From Leucoraja ocellata (taxonomy: Eukaryota): a stretch of 63,826 bases of DNA. The first letter of the stretch is position 1, and each line of letters opens with the position of its first letter. Shown here one piece after another: positions 12,286 through 23,815 of the stretch. The position numbers were made by a program, and so were the translations under genes. A model generated the notes under the pieces. It saw only the letters and a program-made list of their open reading frames with translations, was not told the DNA's origin and made no database searches. The DNA lies in the NCBI GenBank assembly GCA_036785375.1, contig JAWMAR010000022.1, positions 1,302,001 through 1,365,826 on the forward strand. The letters run 5' to 3'.

Positions 12286-12861
12286 CATTGTTTATGTTTC
12301 CACCCAGGGAAAAAGGTTCTTACTGTCTACCCTATCTATGCATCTCATAATTTCCTATACTTCCATCTTGCCTCCCCTCAATCTCCAATATTACAGAGAA
12401 AACAATCTAAGTTTGTCCAACCTCTCCTTATAGAAACATAGAAACATAGAAAATAGGTGCAGGAGTAGGCCATTCGGCCCTTCGAGCCTGCACCGTCATT
12501 CAATATGATCATGGCTGATCGTCCAACTCAGTATCCTGTACCTGCCTTCTCTCCATACCCCCTGATCCCTTTAGCCACAAGGGCCACATCTAACTCCCTC
12601 AATAGCTCATGCTTGCTGACCAAAGTAGTATTCTTGTAAACTTCTTCCGCAAAGTCTTCACATCTTTCCCGTCATAAGGCAACAAAAACTGCACAACAAA
12701 TGCAGCCTAACCAAAGTTTTATAAAGCTGTTATACAACTTCCTGAATCTTATGCTCAATATCTTGAGCATACCATACCCCTTCTTTACCATACTATTTAT
12801 TTTGCCACTTTCACAGATACATAGACATGGATCGCAAGAACTAATGATAAAAGTAAATTAC

Positions 12862-13038
12862 TTGAGAATTTTGCCAGTCGTTGACTGCTCTTCTCCCCAG
12901 TAGTGAAGGTCCAACCCGAAAGGCATCACAGGTGCTTTTTTCATCTCTTCACTTTTTCTTTTCTTGGCATCTTCACTGGACAGATCTGGCACTGCTGGTG
13001 TGGATGACCAAATGTTGTCGTCCGAGGTTCCAGGTAGG
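12862..13038 (-). CDS. UVSSA: UVSSA exon ([60 protein letters not shown])
   Basis: Polypyrimidine tract then ctaatag|CCTACC...CTCAA|gtaatt; 177 bp, phase 2 to 2; [14 protein letters not shown] resembles human APVVPYGVDLHYWG. Confidence 0.95.
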
Positions 13039-14850
13039 CTATTAGAAGAACACATTAAAAAAAGAAAAAATCAATGGAAAGCGGCATGCCACACAATCAC
13101 ATTTCCAATTTAATTAACCTCTGCACTAATATTCACATTAATGTAAGATCACTTTGACTAATACCATCATTATATACTTTACAACTTGCTAGTCAATTTG
13201 AAGTTTCCAGCATGCAACTTATTCCTGGGTCACCCATGCAAAAATAAAAGTTGACACCACCTATAATTGTGATAATTAAAAAAGAAACAATGACCAATTT
13301 TCCTTTGCACCTCTTCTCTGGTATCTGCTTCAATGATAGGCACCAAAGTCTAAACATGTCAACATCTAAACAATCTTTTACACGCAATAGGAAAGGATCT
13401 AAAGTACATTTAAAATAGCCACTTGAGCATCCCCCACCAGTCAATTGGATCCTGGACCTCAAATTAATTTTCTCAACTCATCACCATATTTCCTGTCCCA
13501 TGCTCAACTGAACAATGAACAATTGAGAAGTATGAGATTACTACCATTTACTGAGGTGAGTATTTTTTTTGGAGACAACAAAGTATTTTCTCTGGTATGA
13601 CATGAGCAAGTCACTGTTAGGACATGGAAATTTTAAAAATCATTGTGAAAGTATCATGCCTTAAAGTGGTCCATAGAAAAAACACCGATATCACAACAGC
13701 TAAGATTTTCGATCACCTTTTCAATCTGGTAAACATACTTGACATAATGTATACCATGGCAAATTTCAATTATATTCTCTTAAAACCTCCTCTTGTTTAA
13801 CTCGTATCCAATGAACTATACTTAATTGATTAATAGCTTCTGATTAAGAATGAACTGAAGTGAAACCCGATTAGCCACCTTTTGCATTTGAAAATGATTT
13901 GCGCAAATGGTTTGGTGTGTTTATTGAAAATTGCCTTCAGAATCACGATATTTTATGCTACACTGCAATAGTACCTTCACTTTACTCCAACCATTGAATA
14001 AAGTCATACAACATTTGTATTTTGTATTTGTGACTTTTGTCCAATCAACTTTAATAAATTAGAATCTGTTTTTGGACAGGTAGGAAAGTGTCAGACGAGA
14101 AGATAGAATTAAAAAATTTCAAGCTCTAGAGAAAAATTCAAGCTCTAGAGAAAACTCCAACTAGAAACATCTAAAGACTAAGATTATAACATTTGGGATT
14201 ATAACATTATATCATTAGGCCCTCAACAGTTTTATTTTAGTACAAGACTCATTGTGCAGTGTGCTGCTTGGAAACAAAAATGTTGTGGCAGGAAAAGACA
14301 AAGTACTGGAGTAACTCAGCAGGTCAGGCTGATCCTATCCCAGTGCTACAAATATGTATTTTCCAGGTATCATAGTCATAGTCACAGTAATGTGGAAAAC
14401 AGGCGCTGCGTCCCAATTCGCCCACACCGGCCAACATGTCCCAGCTACCCTAGTCCCACTTGCCTGCGCTTCGTCCATAACTCTCCAAACCTGTCCTATC
14501 CATGTACCTGTCCAACTGTTTCTTAAATGACGGGATAGTCCCAACCTCAACTACCTCCTCTGGAATCTTATTCCATACACCCACCAACGTGTGTGTGAAA
14601 AAGTTACGCGTCAGATTCCTATTAAATCTTTTCCCCTTCACCTTGAACCTGTATCCTCTGGTCCTCGATTACCCAACTCTGGGTAAAAGACTCTGTGCAT
14701 CTACCCGATCTATTCCTCTCATGATTTTGTATACCTCTATAAGATCTCCCCTCATCCTCCTATGCTCCATGGAATAGAGACTCAGCCTACTCAACCTCTC
14801 CCTATAGCTCACACCCTCTAGTCCTGGCAACATCCTCGTAAATCTTTTCT

Positions 14851-15457
14851 GAGTATAGAAGTTGGGATGTAATGTTAAAATTGTACAAGGGATTGGTGAG
14901 GCCAATTCTGGAGTATGGTGTACAGTTTTGGTCGCCTAATTATAGGAAGGATGTCAACAAAATAGAGAGAGTACAGAGGAGATTTACTAGAATGTTGCCT
15001 GGGTTTCAGCAACTAAGTTACAGAGAAAGGTTGAACAAGTTAGGGCTTTATTCTTTGGAGCGCAGAAGGTTAAGGGGGGACTTGATAGAGGTTTTTAAAA
15101 TGATGAGAGGGATAGACAGAGTTGACGTGGAAAAGCTTTTCCCACTGAGAGTAGGGAAGATTCAAACAAGGGGACATGACATGAGAATTAAGGGACTGAA
15201 GTTTAGGGGTAACATGAGGGGGAACTTCTTTACTCAGAGAGTGGTAGCTGTGTGGAATGAGCTTCCAGTGAAGGTGGTGGAGGCAGGTTCGTTTTTATCA
15301 TTTAAAATTAAATTGGATAGTTATATGGATGGGAAGGGAATGGTGGGTTATGGTCTGAGCGCAGGTATATGGGACTAGGGGAGATTATGTGTTCGGCACG
15401 GACTAGAAGGGTCGAGATGGCCTGTTTCCGTGCTGTAATTGTTATATGGTTATTATA
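14851..15457 (+). mobile_element. 5'-truncated CR1 inserted antisense into the host CR1
   Basis: Uninterrupted ORF 14872..15378 (LVRPILEYGVQFWSP...); tail gtgctgtaattgttatatggtt; host reads aatcttttctga|accctttcaag across the insert. Confidence 0.9.
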
Positions 15458-15793
15458 TGAACCCTTTCAAGCTTGACAATATCTTTCCTATAACATGGTG
15501 CCGAGAACTGAAAACAATATTCTAAATGCGGTCTCACCAACATCTTATAAAACTGCAACATGACCTCCCAACTTCTATATTCAATACTCTGACTGATGAT
15601 GGCCAAAGTGCCAAAAACCTTTTTGACCACCTTATCTACCTGTGACTCGAACTTCAAGGAACCATGCACTTGTACTCCTAGATCCCTCTGCTCTACAACA
15701 CTCCCCAGAGGCCTACCATTTGTTGTGTAAGTCCTGCCCTTGTTCGACATCCCAAAATGTAACTCCTCACACTTCTCTGTATTAAATTCCATC

Positions 15794-15964
15794 TGTGGCG
15801 GCACCGGGAGGTGGGCCATGCACTATACCTAACCTTCAACTCTTGGGGGGTTTACGTGTCCCGGTGACGAGAGGTAGGGGGTCACGGCATGGTCACGGGT
15901 GCCCCTGTGGAGTATTTAAGGGGTTAATTGCACTCGTTCCTTAACGGACAACACATCTGTTACA
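15794..15964 (+). repeat. 5' LTR (171 bp)
   Basis: Starts TGTGGCGGCACCGGG, ends GTTACA, followed by the PBS. Lacks an ~80-bp segment present in the 3' LTR. Confidence 0.9.
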
Positions 15965-18378
15965 TTTGGTAACCCAGACGTCCAGACTAGATATTCTGGA
16001 AGAGAAAATGTGCCCCGCCAGTGCCCAACCCGCCGATGACGACCAGGCTCAACTCAGCGCTGTCGCCATGAAGCTGCCGACCTTATGGACTGAGCAGCCG
16101 CAGGTATGGTTCCATCAGGCCGAATTCTTCGTTCGCAGGGTAACAAATAATGAGACCCGCTACCATTAGCGGTCGGCGCGCTGAAATAATCCCTTTCCTG
16201 CAGGATCCACCGGCGGCCAATAAATATGGCGGCCTGAAGGCACTGCTGCTCCATACCTTCAGCCTCAGTCGGATGGACCGAACGACCCGTATTTACAACA
16301 TGGGTGTGCTCGGCGACTGTAAACCATGGGCCCTAATGAGTGAGATGCTCTCGCACATGGACAGCCACCACTATTGCATGATTTTTGAATATGCCTACAG
16401 CTTCCAGACCGCATCCACCCGCTCCTCGCAGGGGTAAGTTTAGAAAACCCCTGGGCTCTAGCGGAGCGTGCTGACGAACTGTGGTTGTCCCATCGGCAGG
16501 AAGCGGGCCAGCTGGATCGAGTGTCCACAGTGCCCAGGATGGCACAGTGGCCTAGACCCATGCCCATCAGGAGCTCCGCGGAGCATCTGGAGCCTGCCCT
16601 TAATGGGGAAGTCCTTAAAGGGGAAGTTCTTAAAGGGGAGTGATGCTTTTACCACCAGCGTTGGGGCTCGACAGCCCCCCCAATGCCGCCCACCCTGTGC
16701 GTTTCTGGGAAACGCTAGGGACGGCTGCCGGCAATCACTGCAGCGGTCGGCAACGTTCATCGCCTTTACCTCTGGGGGCGAAAGAGGCGTTGGCTCGGGT
16801 GGCGATGCTGGTACATCTGCGGATCAACGCCCCCAGAGCACTAACTGTGGAGGCCTCGGACTCTGCGGTTGGTGGTGTATTGGAACAGTTTGTAGACAGT
16901 CACTGGTGGCCTCTCGCCTTTTTCAGCTGCCAACTTAACCCGGCGGAGCATAAATACAGCTTGTTCAACCGGGAACTGATCGCTTTATATCTGGCAGTTA
17001 AGCATTTCCGTTATTTCCTGGAGGGCCAGAACTTTGTTGCGTTTACTGACCATAAGCCCCTCACCTTCACCTTCGCCAAGGTGGCTGACTCTTGGTCCGC
17101 TCGGTAGCAGTGCCACCTCATCGCTATCTCCGAGTTCACGACGGGCATCCGCCACATCACCGGGAAAAATAACTTGGTCATGGACGCCTTGTCCCGCTCG
17201 GCTGTTAAGGCCGTTCTCGACATGTCCCCGGTAATCGATTACTCAGCTTTAGCGGCGGCGCAGCTAGCAGACGAGGAGATGAGGGCGTACCGAACTGCCA
17301 TCACAGGACTGGTGCTCGAGGATGTGCCTTTGCGTTCCACTGGCATCACCGTCGTGTGTGACATCTCCACGGGGCAGCCGTGGCCTATTGTTCTGGTGAC
17401 CTGTTGTCGTTGGGTTTTCAACGCCATTCATGGTTTGGCCACCCATCCATCCGGGCAACAGTGGCGTTGGTTGCTGCAATATTCGTATGGCATGGATTGC
17501 GGAAGCAGTTCGGTCATTGGGCCTGGACGGGCATTCCCTGTCAAACATCTAAGGTTCAGCGGCACGTCTGGGCGCCAGTTCAAGACTTTGCGGTGCTTCG
17601 CCGGTGTTTCAAACATGTCCACATGGATATCGTGGGGCTGCTACCTCCGTCCCGCGGTATTTCACACTTGCTTACGGTGGTGGACTGTTTCACCCGGTGG
17701 CCGGAGGTCATCCTGCTTGTCGACACCTTAGCCCTGTCCTGCGTGTGTGCCCTGGTGGCCTATTGTGTTGCCCATTTCGGGGTACCGCTGGACATCTCAT
17801 CCGAACGAGGTGCCCAATTCACGTCGGAGCTGTGATCAGCAATGGCTCGCCTGTTGGGGGCTCAGCTCCACCACTCGACAGCATATCACCCCCAGTCGAA
17901 TGGGTTGATGGAACATTTCCACCGCCGGCTTAAGGACGCTTTGAAGGCTCGCCTCACCGGTCCCGGTTGGATGGACGAGTTGCCGTGGATCCTGCTGGAG
18001 ATTTGCACGGCCCCAAAGGAGGACTTGCAGGCTTCATTGGCGAGTTGGTTTACGGCATTCCATTAATCGTGCCTGGAGTGATTATCCCAACCGCTGGTGA
18101 CCCCCAGGAGTCGCCATCATCCATGTTGGTCCGACCGCGGGAGAAGGTCGGCGCCCTGTCTCCTGTCCCAACATCGCGGCATGGTGTTGCTCTATCTCAC
18201 GTGCCTCTGGCTCTTGCGGACTGTCAGTATGTCTTCTTTTTCGGGTGCTACAGCATGGGCTCACGATTTTTGAATTGGACATGGGGGGTTCGGGGGGGAG
18301 ACTGAGTCGGTGTCTCGTTTGAAGCTGGCCCATTTGGACCCGAGTAAGCCAGTCCAGGTGACCCAACCTCGCCGTCAA

Positions 18379-20328
18379 TAATAATAATAATAATAATAAT
18401 AATTTTATTTATAGAGCACTTTAAAAACAAACATAGCTGCAACAAAGTGCTGTACATCACTAATCATTGACAAAAAAGTTAATACACACCAAAAATAACA
18501 ATCAAAAGAAATAGTAGGAAAAGACATGTAAAATAAAGAAACATCAAAAACACCACAAACAGAAACAAAGCCTCAGGCATGGTCAAAAGCCAGGGAGTAC
18601 AAATGCGTTTTAACACTGGATTTGAAGATGGACAGTGAGGGGGCCTGTCTGATGTGCAGCGGCAGGGTGTTCCAGAGTGCCGGAGCAGCAACAGAGAAGG
18701 CTCTATCCCCTCTGAGCCTCCGACTAGACCTCGGTACCTCCAGGAGCAGCTGACCAGCTGACCTGAGGGACTGGGCAGGAGTGTATGGGTGGAGCAGCTC
18801 AGAGAGGTAAGGCGGGGCGAGCCCATTCAGAGATTTAAAAACAAATAACAGTAACTTAAAATGAACCTGAAAGTGCACCGGGAGCCAGTGTAGGGAGGCC
18901 AGAATTGGCGATATGTGCTCCCTCTTTCGAGTCCCTGTTAAAAGGCGAGCAGCAGCATTCTGAACCAACTGGAGACGAGCCAGTGAAGAACGAGCAACAC
19001 CAAAATAGAGCGCGTTACAGTAATCCAGCCTAGATGTAATAAAGGCATGGATTACTGTCTCAAAATGCTGCCGCTCGAGAATGGGCTTCACCTTCGCCAG
19101 CTTCCTTAGGTGAAAGAAGCTGGACTTAACCACCGCGCATATTTGGCGATCTAATTTAAAGTCACTGTCCATCCTAAAACCCAGGTTCACAACTGTTGGC
19201 TTCACGTACCTTGACAATGGACCTAAATCAACAAATGGAGGTTCACGGCAGCCATTGGGATCAAATAAAATCACCTCTGTCTTCTTTTCATTAAATCCAA
19301 GAAAGTTTAGGGCCAACCAGGACTTAATGTCATCAAAACAAGACAGAAGCGATTTTACAGAAAAGGCATCTTCCCCCCTCAGCGGCAAATAAAGCTGGGT
19401 ATCATCTGCATAACAGTGGAAGGAGATGCCATGCTTTCTAAGGATGGAACCCAGAGGAAGTATGTACAGCGAGAAAAGCAGGGGCCCCAGAATCGAACCC
19501 TGTGGAACCCCATATGACAGGGGAGCGGAAGAGGATTCAAACCCAGCAAGGCTAACACACATGGTTCTGCCCGCCAGATAGGACCTGAACCATCCCAGGG
19601 CACTGTCGCAGATGCCCACTAACTGCTGTAGCCGAGATAATAAGATATTATGGTCCACCGTATCAAAGGCGGCAGACAAGTCCAGCAGGACAAGAACCAC
19701 ACAATCCCCAGAATCATTAGCCAGGAGGATATCGTTAAAAACCCTTAGCAATGCTGACTCCGTGCTGTGCATGGTTTTAAATCCAGACTGGAAGATCTCC
19801 CGAATATCATGCTCCTCCAGGAATAGTTTTAGCTGAGCATAAACAACTCTCTCCAGTAATTTAGAAATAAAAGGCAATTTCGAGATGGGTCTAAAATTGG
19901 CCAGAACAGATTGATCCAGGCCAGGTTTCTTAAGTAGTGGTTGCACTACCGCATGCTTAAAACTCACGGGGACAACCCCAGAACACAAGCTGCTGTTAAT
20001 AATGGTAAGAACCGACTGCCCTATACTAGAGAAAACCTCCTTAAAAAGATGTGGAGGGACCGCATCACAAGGAGAACCCGATGGCTTAATATGGGAAACC
20101 ACATCCTTTAAATACGATATAGTCACAGGCTCAAACTTGTTGAATACCACCAGGCAAGGGACCGAAACAGAAGGGTCAGAGGCAGGTGCTGAAATGTTAG
20201 CCCTTAAGGAAACAACCTTATCAACAAAAAAGTGCAGGAAGTCATTACACATTTCAGGTGAAGCTTCCAGACAGACAGGCTGCGGGGCATTTAGAACAGA
20301 GTCAATGATTTCAAATAGCACACGAGGG
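18379..20328 (-). mobile_element. 5'-truncated L2-clade LINE nested in the Gypsy element
   Basis: TSD CGTCAA at 18373-18378 and 20329-20334; 3' tail gtacagcactttg...gtgctctataaataaaa(TTA)n. Confidence 0.93.
18573..20321 (-). CDS. L2 LINE reverse transcriptase ORF (582 aa, no stops, N-terminally truncated)
   Basis: NFRPISKLPF, LLDLSAAFDTVDH, GVPQGSILGPLLF, HCYADDTQLY, SRLDYCN, LQLVQNAAARLL, LHWLPV. Confidence 0.92.
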   Translation of the reverse strand: MLFEIIDSVLNAPQPVCLEASPEMCNDFLHFFVDKVVSLRANISAPASDPSVSVPCLVVFNKFEPVTISYLKDVVSHIKPSGSPCDAVPPHLFKEVFSSIGQSVLTIINSSLCSGVVPVSFKHAVVQPLLKKPGLDQSVLANFRPISKLPFISKLLERVVYAQLKLFLEEHDIREIFQSGFKTMHSTESALLRVFNDILLANDSGDCVVLVLLDLSAAFDTVDHNILLSRLQQLVGICDSALGWFRSYLAGRTMCVSLAGFESSSAPLSYGVPQGSILGPLLFSLYILPLGSILRKHGISFHCYADDTQLYLPLRGEDAFSVKSLLSCFDDIKSWLALNFLGFNEKKTEVILFDPNGCREPPFVDLGPLSRYVKPTVVNLGFRMDSDFKLDRQICAVVKSSFFHLRKLAKVKPILERQHFETVIHAFITSRLDYCNALYFGVARSSLARLQLVQNAAARLLTGTRKREHISPILASLHWLPVHFQVHFKLLLFVFKSLNGLAPPYLSELLHPYTPAQSLRSAGQLLLEVPRSSRRLRGDRAFSVAAPALWNTLPLHIRQAPSLSIFKSSVKTHLYSLAFDHA

Positions 20329-20486
20329 CGTCAAGGGCGTCCGCCGTCTCGTGCCCCATCTAGTTCGTCCTTACCAGAAAATAAACCTTTACGTGGGGAT
20401 GTACGTACGAGGTCCGGCCGCCTCGTTTGGCTGCCCGTCCGTTTTTGTGCCTCCTGTTCTGGGAGGGGGCGGGGGGGGGTAGGTAA

Positions 20487-20736
20487 TGTGGCGGCACCGG
20501 GTGGTCGGCCACGCATTATACATAACCATCAGCTCTTGGTGGGGGGGTCACGTGTCCTGGTGACAAGAAGTAGGGGTCACGGTGTGGTCACGGGTGCCCA
20601 TGGGGAGTATTTATGGGATTAATCGCGCGCGCACGGGGTTGGTGAGTGAGGAGAATTAGTGTAGCAATAAAGAACAAGAATTTCAGACAAACTTTGTCTG
20701 CCTCGTTCTTTAACGGACAACTCCGCATCCGCTGCA
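20487..20736 (+). repeat. 3' LTR (250 bp)
   Basis: Starts TGTGGCGGCACCGGG after the purine tract, contains AATAAA, ends GCTGCA. Confidence 0.9.
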
Positions 20737-23524
20737 CATTAACCATTCCTCTGCCCGCCTGTCCAATCGATCCAGATCCTGCTGCAATCGTTAACAACCT
20801 TCTTCACTATCTGCAAAACCACTAACTTTTGTATCATCAGCAAACTTGCTAATCTTGCCCTGTAAGTTCTCATCCAAATCATTGATGTAGATGACAAACA
20901 GTAACGGGCCCAGCACCAAACCCTGTGGCACACCACTAGTCACAGGCCTTCATTCTGAGAAGTAACGTTCCACCATCACCCTCTGCTTCCTTCCATAGAG
21001 CCGATTTGCTATCTATTTAGCTATCTCTCCTTGGATCCCATGAGATCTAACCTTCCAGAGCAGGCAACCATGCGGTACCTTGTCGAACGCCTTACTAAAG
21101 TCCATGTACACAACATCTACATCTCTGCCTTCATCAACTTTTATGCTCATGTCTTTAAAAAAAATCAACCAGATTTGTGAGACGTACCTCCCACGTACTA
21201 ACCATTCTCACTGTACCTAATCAGCCCTTTGGCATCTCTCCTGTATTTAAGGACGACATAAATTTGAACCAGAGCTCCCGCAATGTCCTCGGATAGATCT
21301 CATCAGGCACCGGAGATTTTTCTACCTTCAAACACGACAGTACCTTCAGTACTTCCTCGTCGATAACCCTGACTGCTTTCATGACACCTCCAGTAACTGC
21401 TCCAATTTCCTCCATCCTACTATCTTTCTCCTCGGTAAATACAGAGGAGAAATACTCATTGAGGACCTTGCCCATCTCCTGTGGCTCCACACAGAGGTGA
21501 CCGCTTTTATTCCTGAGAGGTCCCACTCTCACTCTAGTTACCCTTTTCCCCCTTATGTATTTATAAAAAATGTTGGAATTGTCTTTTATGCTACTCACCA
21601 GAGCTCTCCTGTCCACTTTTTGCCTTTCCGATCTCCTTTTTAAGTTTGCTCCTTAGTTCCCAAAACTCCTCTTGGGATGCACTTGATCCCAGCTGCCTGC
21701 TCCTGCCCCATGCATCCTTCTTGTTTTTGACTAACGTCGCAATTTCCCTCGTCAGCCAAGCTTCCTTACATTTGCCTGCTTTTCCTTTCACTCTAACGGG
21801 GACGTACACATCCTGAGCTCTCTTCAGTACACTTTTAAAAACATCCCACTTGGCCGATGTTCATTTTCCCTCAAATAACCTGCTCCAGTCAACTTGAGCG
21901 AGATCTTCTCTCATGCCCTCAAAGTTGGCCTTACCCCAGTTGAGCATTTTAACACCTGGACCCTCTCCGTCCCGATCCATAACCATCTTAAACCTAATTG
22001 AACTGTGGTCACTTGACCCAAAAGGCTCCTCCACACACACTTCATTAACTTGCCCTTCCCAATTTCCCAATATTAGATCCAGCGTTGCTTTCTCACGTGT
22101 GGGGGCCTTCACATACTGTTTGAGAAAACTCCCCAGAACACTTTTGAGGAATTGCACCCCATCTAAACCCATCACACTATGATTTTCCCAGTATATATTG
22201 AGAAAGTTGAAATCCCTGACTACAACAACCTTATTTAACATGCAGCTGTCTGCAATCTACTGGCACATTTGGTCTTCTTAATTCCCACTGACTATTTGAG
22301 GGTCTGTAGTACACCCCCAACAAGGTGATCATCCCTTTCTTGTTCCTCAACTCCACCCATATAGCCTCACTAGACGAACCGTCTGTAATGTCACCTCTGA
22401 ACACAGCCGTGATAGCCTCCTTAACCAATAATGCAACCCCCCTCCTCTTTCTTCCTCACCCCCGTCTCTCCTGAAGCTACTGTACCACGGAACATTGAGC
22501 CAGTCCTGCCCCCCTCACTTAACCAGGTTTCAGTCATAGCTACAACGTCCCAGTCACTCGTACCTATCCACACCCTAAGCTCATCTGCCTTACCCGTCAA
22601 GCCCCTTGCATTAAAATACGTGCAGTTTAAACCAACCCTCCTTCCTCACTCTCTGGATTTTTGCCTATTCTGTCCATTAACCTTTCCCACACCACCATCC
22701 ATTCCAACTTCTAGTCTCTCCTGTGCCTCTGTCCTACACGAGATCCCACCCCCCTGCCAATCTAGTTTAAACCCTCCCTTGTAGCATTAGCAAACCTTCC
22801 CGCTAGGATGTTGGTCCCACTCCAGTTTAGGTGCAACCCATCCCTTTAATTCGTCATCCAATGATCCAGAAATCCAAATCCCTGCCCTGTGCATCAACTC
22901 CTCAGCCATACATTCATATCCTCCATCTTCCTATTCTTACCTTCACTCGCATGAGGTATTGGAAGCAATCCTGAGATCACTACCCTGCTGGTCCTGCTTT
23001 TCAGTCTTCAGCCCAATACCATAAAATCTTGTTACAGAACCTCCTTCCTCTTCCGACCTATATCATTTGTGCCAACATGCACAACAACCTCCGGCTGCTC
23101 CCCCTCACTCTTGAGGATGTCGTGCAGCCGCTCCGATACGTCCTGGACCCTGGCACTAGGTAGGCAACACACTGGTGCTAAGTTGACATATTAGTCAATG
23201 GTTCACGAGAATTTTATTGTCACATGCACCTAGGACAGTGAAATTCCTATTTTGAATATAGTTCAGTTAATATCTGACTCAACAAGCACAATCATACTAA
23301 GTACAAGAGTGTAAGATTACATTACATTGAGACAGTATAAAAGAGTCGCCACGTTTCTGGTGCTTACTTCTACCCTGCATGGTAAAAGTCGTGAAAAATG
23401 TCATAACATGGATAATGAAAGGTCACCTATCCATGTTTTCCAGAGATGCTGCCTGACCTGCTGAGTTACTTCAGCACATTGTGTCCTTTTATATATTAAC
23501 CAGCATCTGCAGTTCTTTGTTTCC

Positions 23525-23815
23525 AAGACAATAGCAGCAGGAATAAGCCATTCGGCCCTTCGAGCCAGCACCGCCATTCAATGTGATGATGGCTGATCAT
23601 CCACAATCAGTACTCTGTTCCTGCCTTCTCCCCATATCCCCTGACTCTGCTATCTTTAAAAGCCCTATCTAGCTCTCTCTTGAAAGTATCCAGAGAACCG
23701 CCCTCCATCGCCCTCTGACGCAGAGAATTTCAGACTCACAACTCTTTGTATGAAAAAGTGTTTCCTCTTCTCCGTTCGAAATGGCTTACCCCTTATTGTT
23801 AAACTGTGGCCCCTT
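23525..23815 (-). mobile_element. CR1 3' end, preceded by a Penelope terminal-repeat fragment (about 23420-23525)
   Basis: GHSLTIRGKPFRTEKRKHFFIQRVV; highly similar to 42855-43165. Confidence 0.85.

Larger units (their letters stand above)
15794..20736 (+). mobile_element. Gypsy/Ty3 LTR retrotransposon, CsRn1-like lineage, decayed, PR-RT deleted
   Basis: TG...CA LTRs at 15794-15964 and 20487-20736; TSD CATC/CATT; PBS TGGTAACCCAGACGT (tRNA-Trp-like); PPT at 20461-20486. Gag KLPTLWTEQPQVWF; RNase H EASDSAVGGVLEQ...YSLFNRELIALY...FTDHKPL; integrase HMDIVGLLP...VDCFTRWPE...TAYHPQSNGLME. Confidence 0.93.
14370..23172 (-). mobile_element. Long degraded CR1 LINE (ORF1 SGNH esterase part, APE endonuclease, RT, 3' UTR), split by nested insertions; host pieces about 14370-14850, 15458-15793, 20737-23172
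   Basis: Near 23050-23170 the minus strand reads CCLPSARVQDVSERLHDILKSEGEQPEVVVHVGTNDIG (ORF1). EN motifs GVYYRPSN and SSDHSSIRF; RT motifs [19 protein letters not shown] and SKFADDTK. The host sequence rejoins when the inserts are removed. Confidence 0.9.

Noticed and set aside
18573-20321. Domesticated host gene interpretation of the intact RT ORF
   Set aside because: 5' truncation, perfect TSD and simple-repeat tail indicate a recent ordinary LINE insertion with no own start or promoter.
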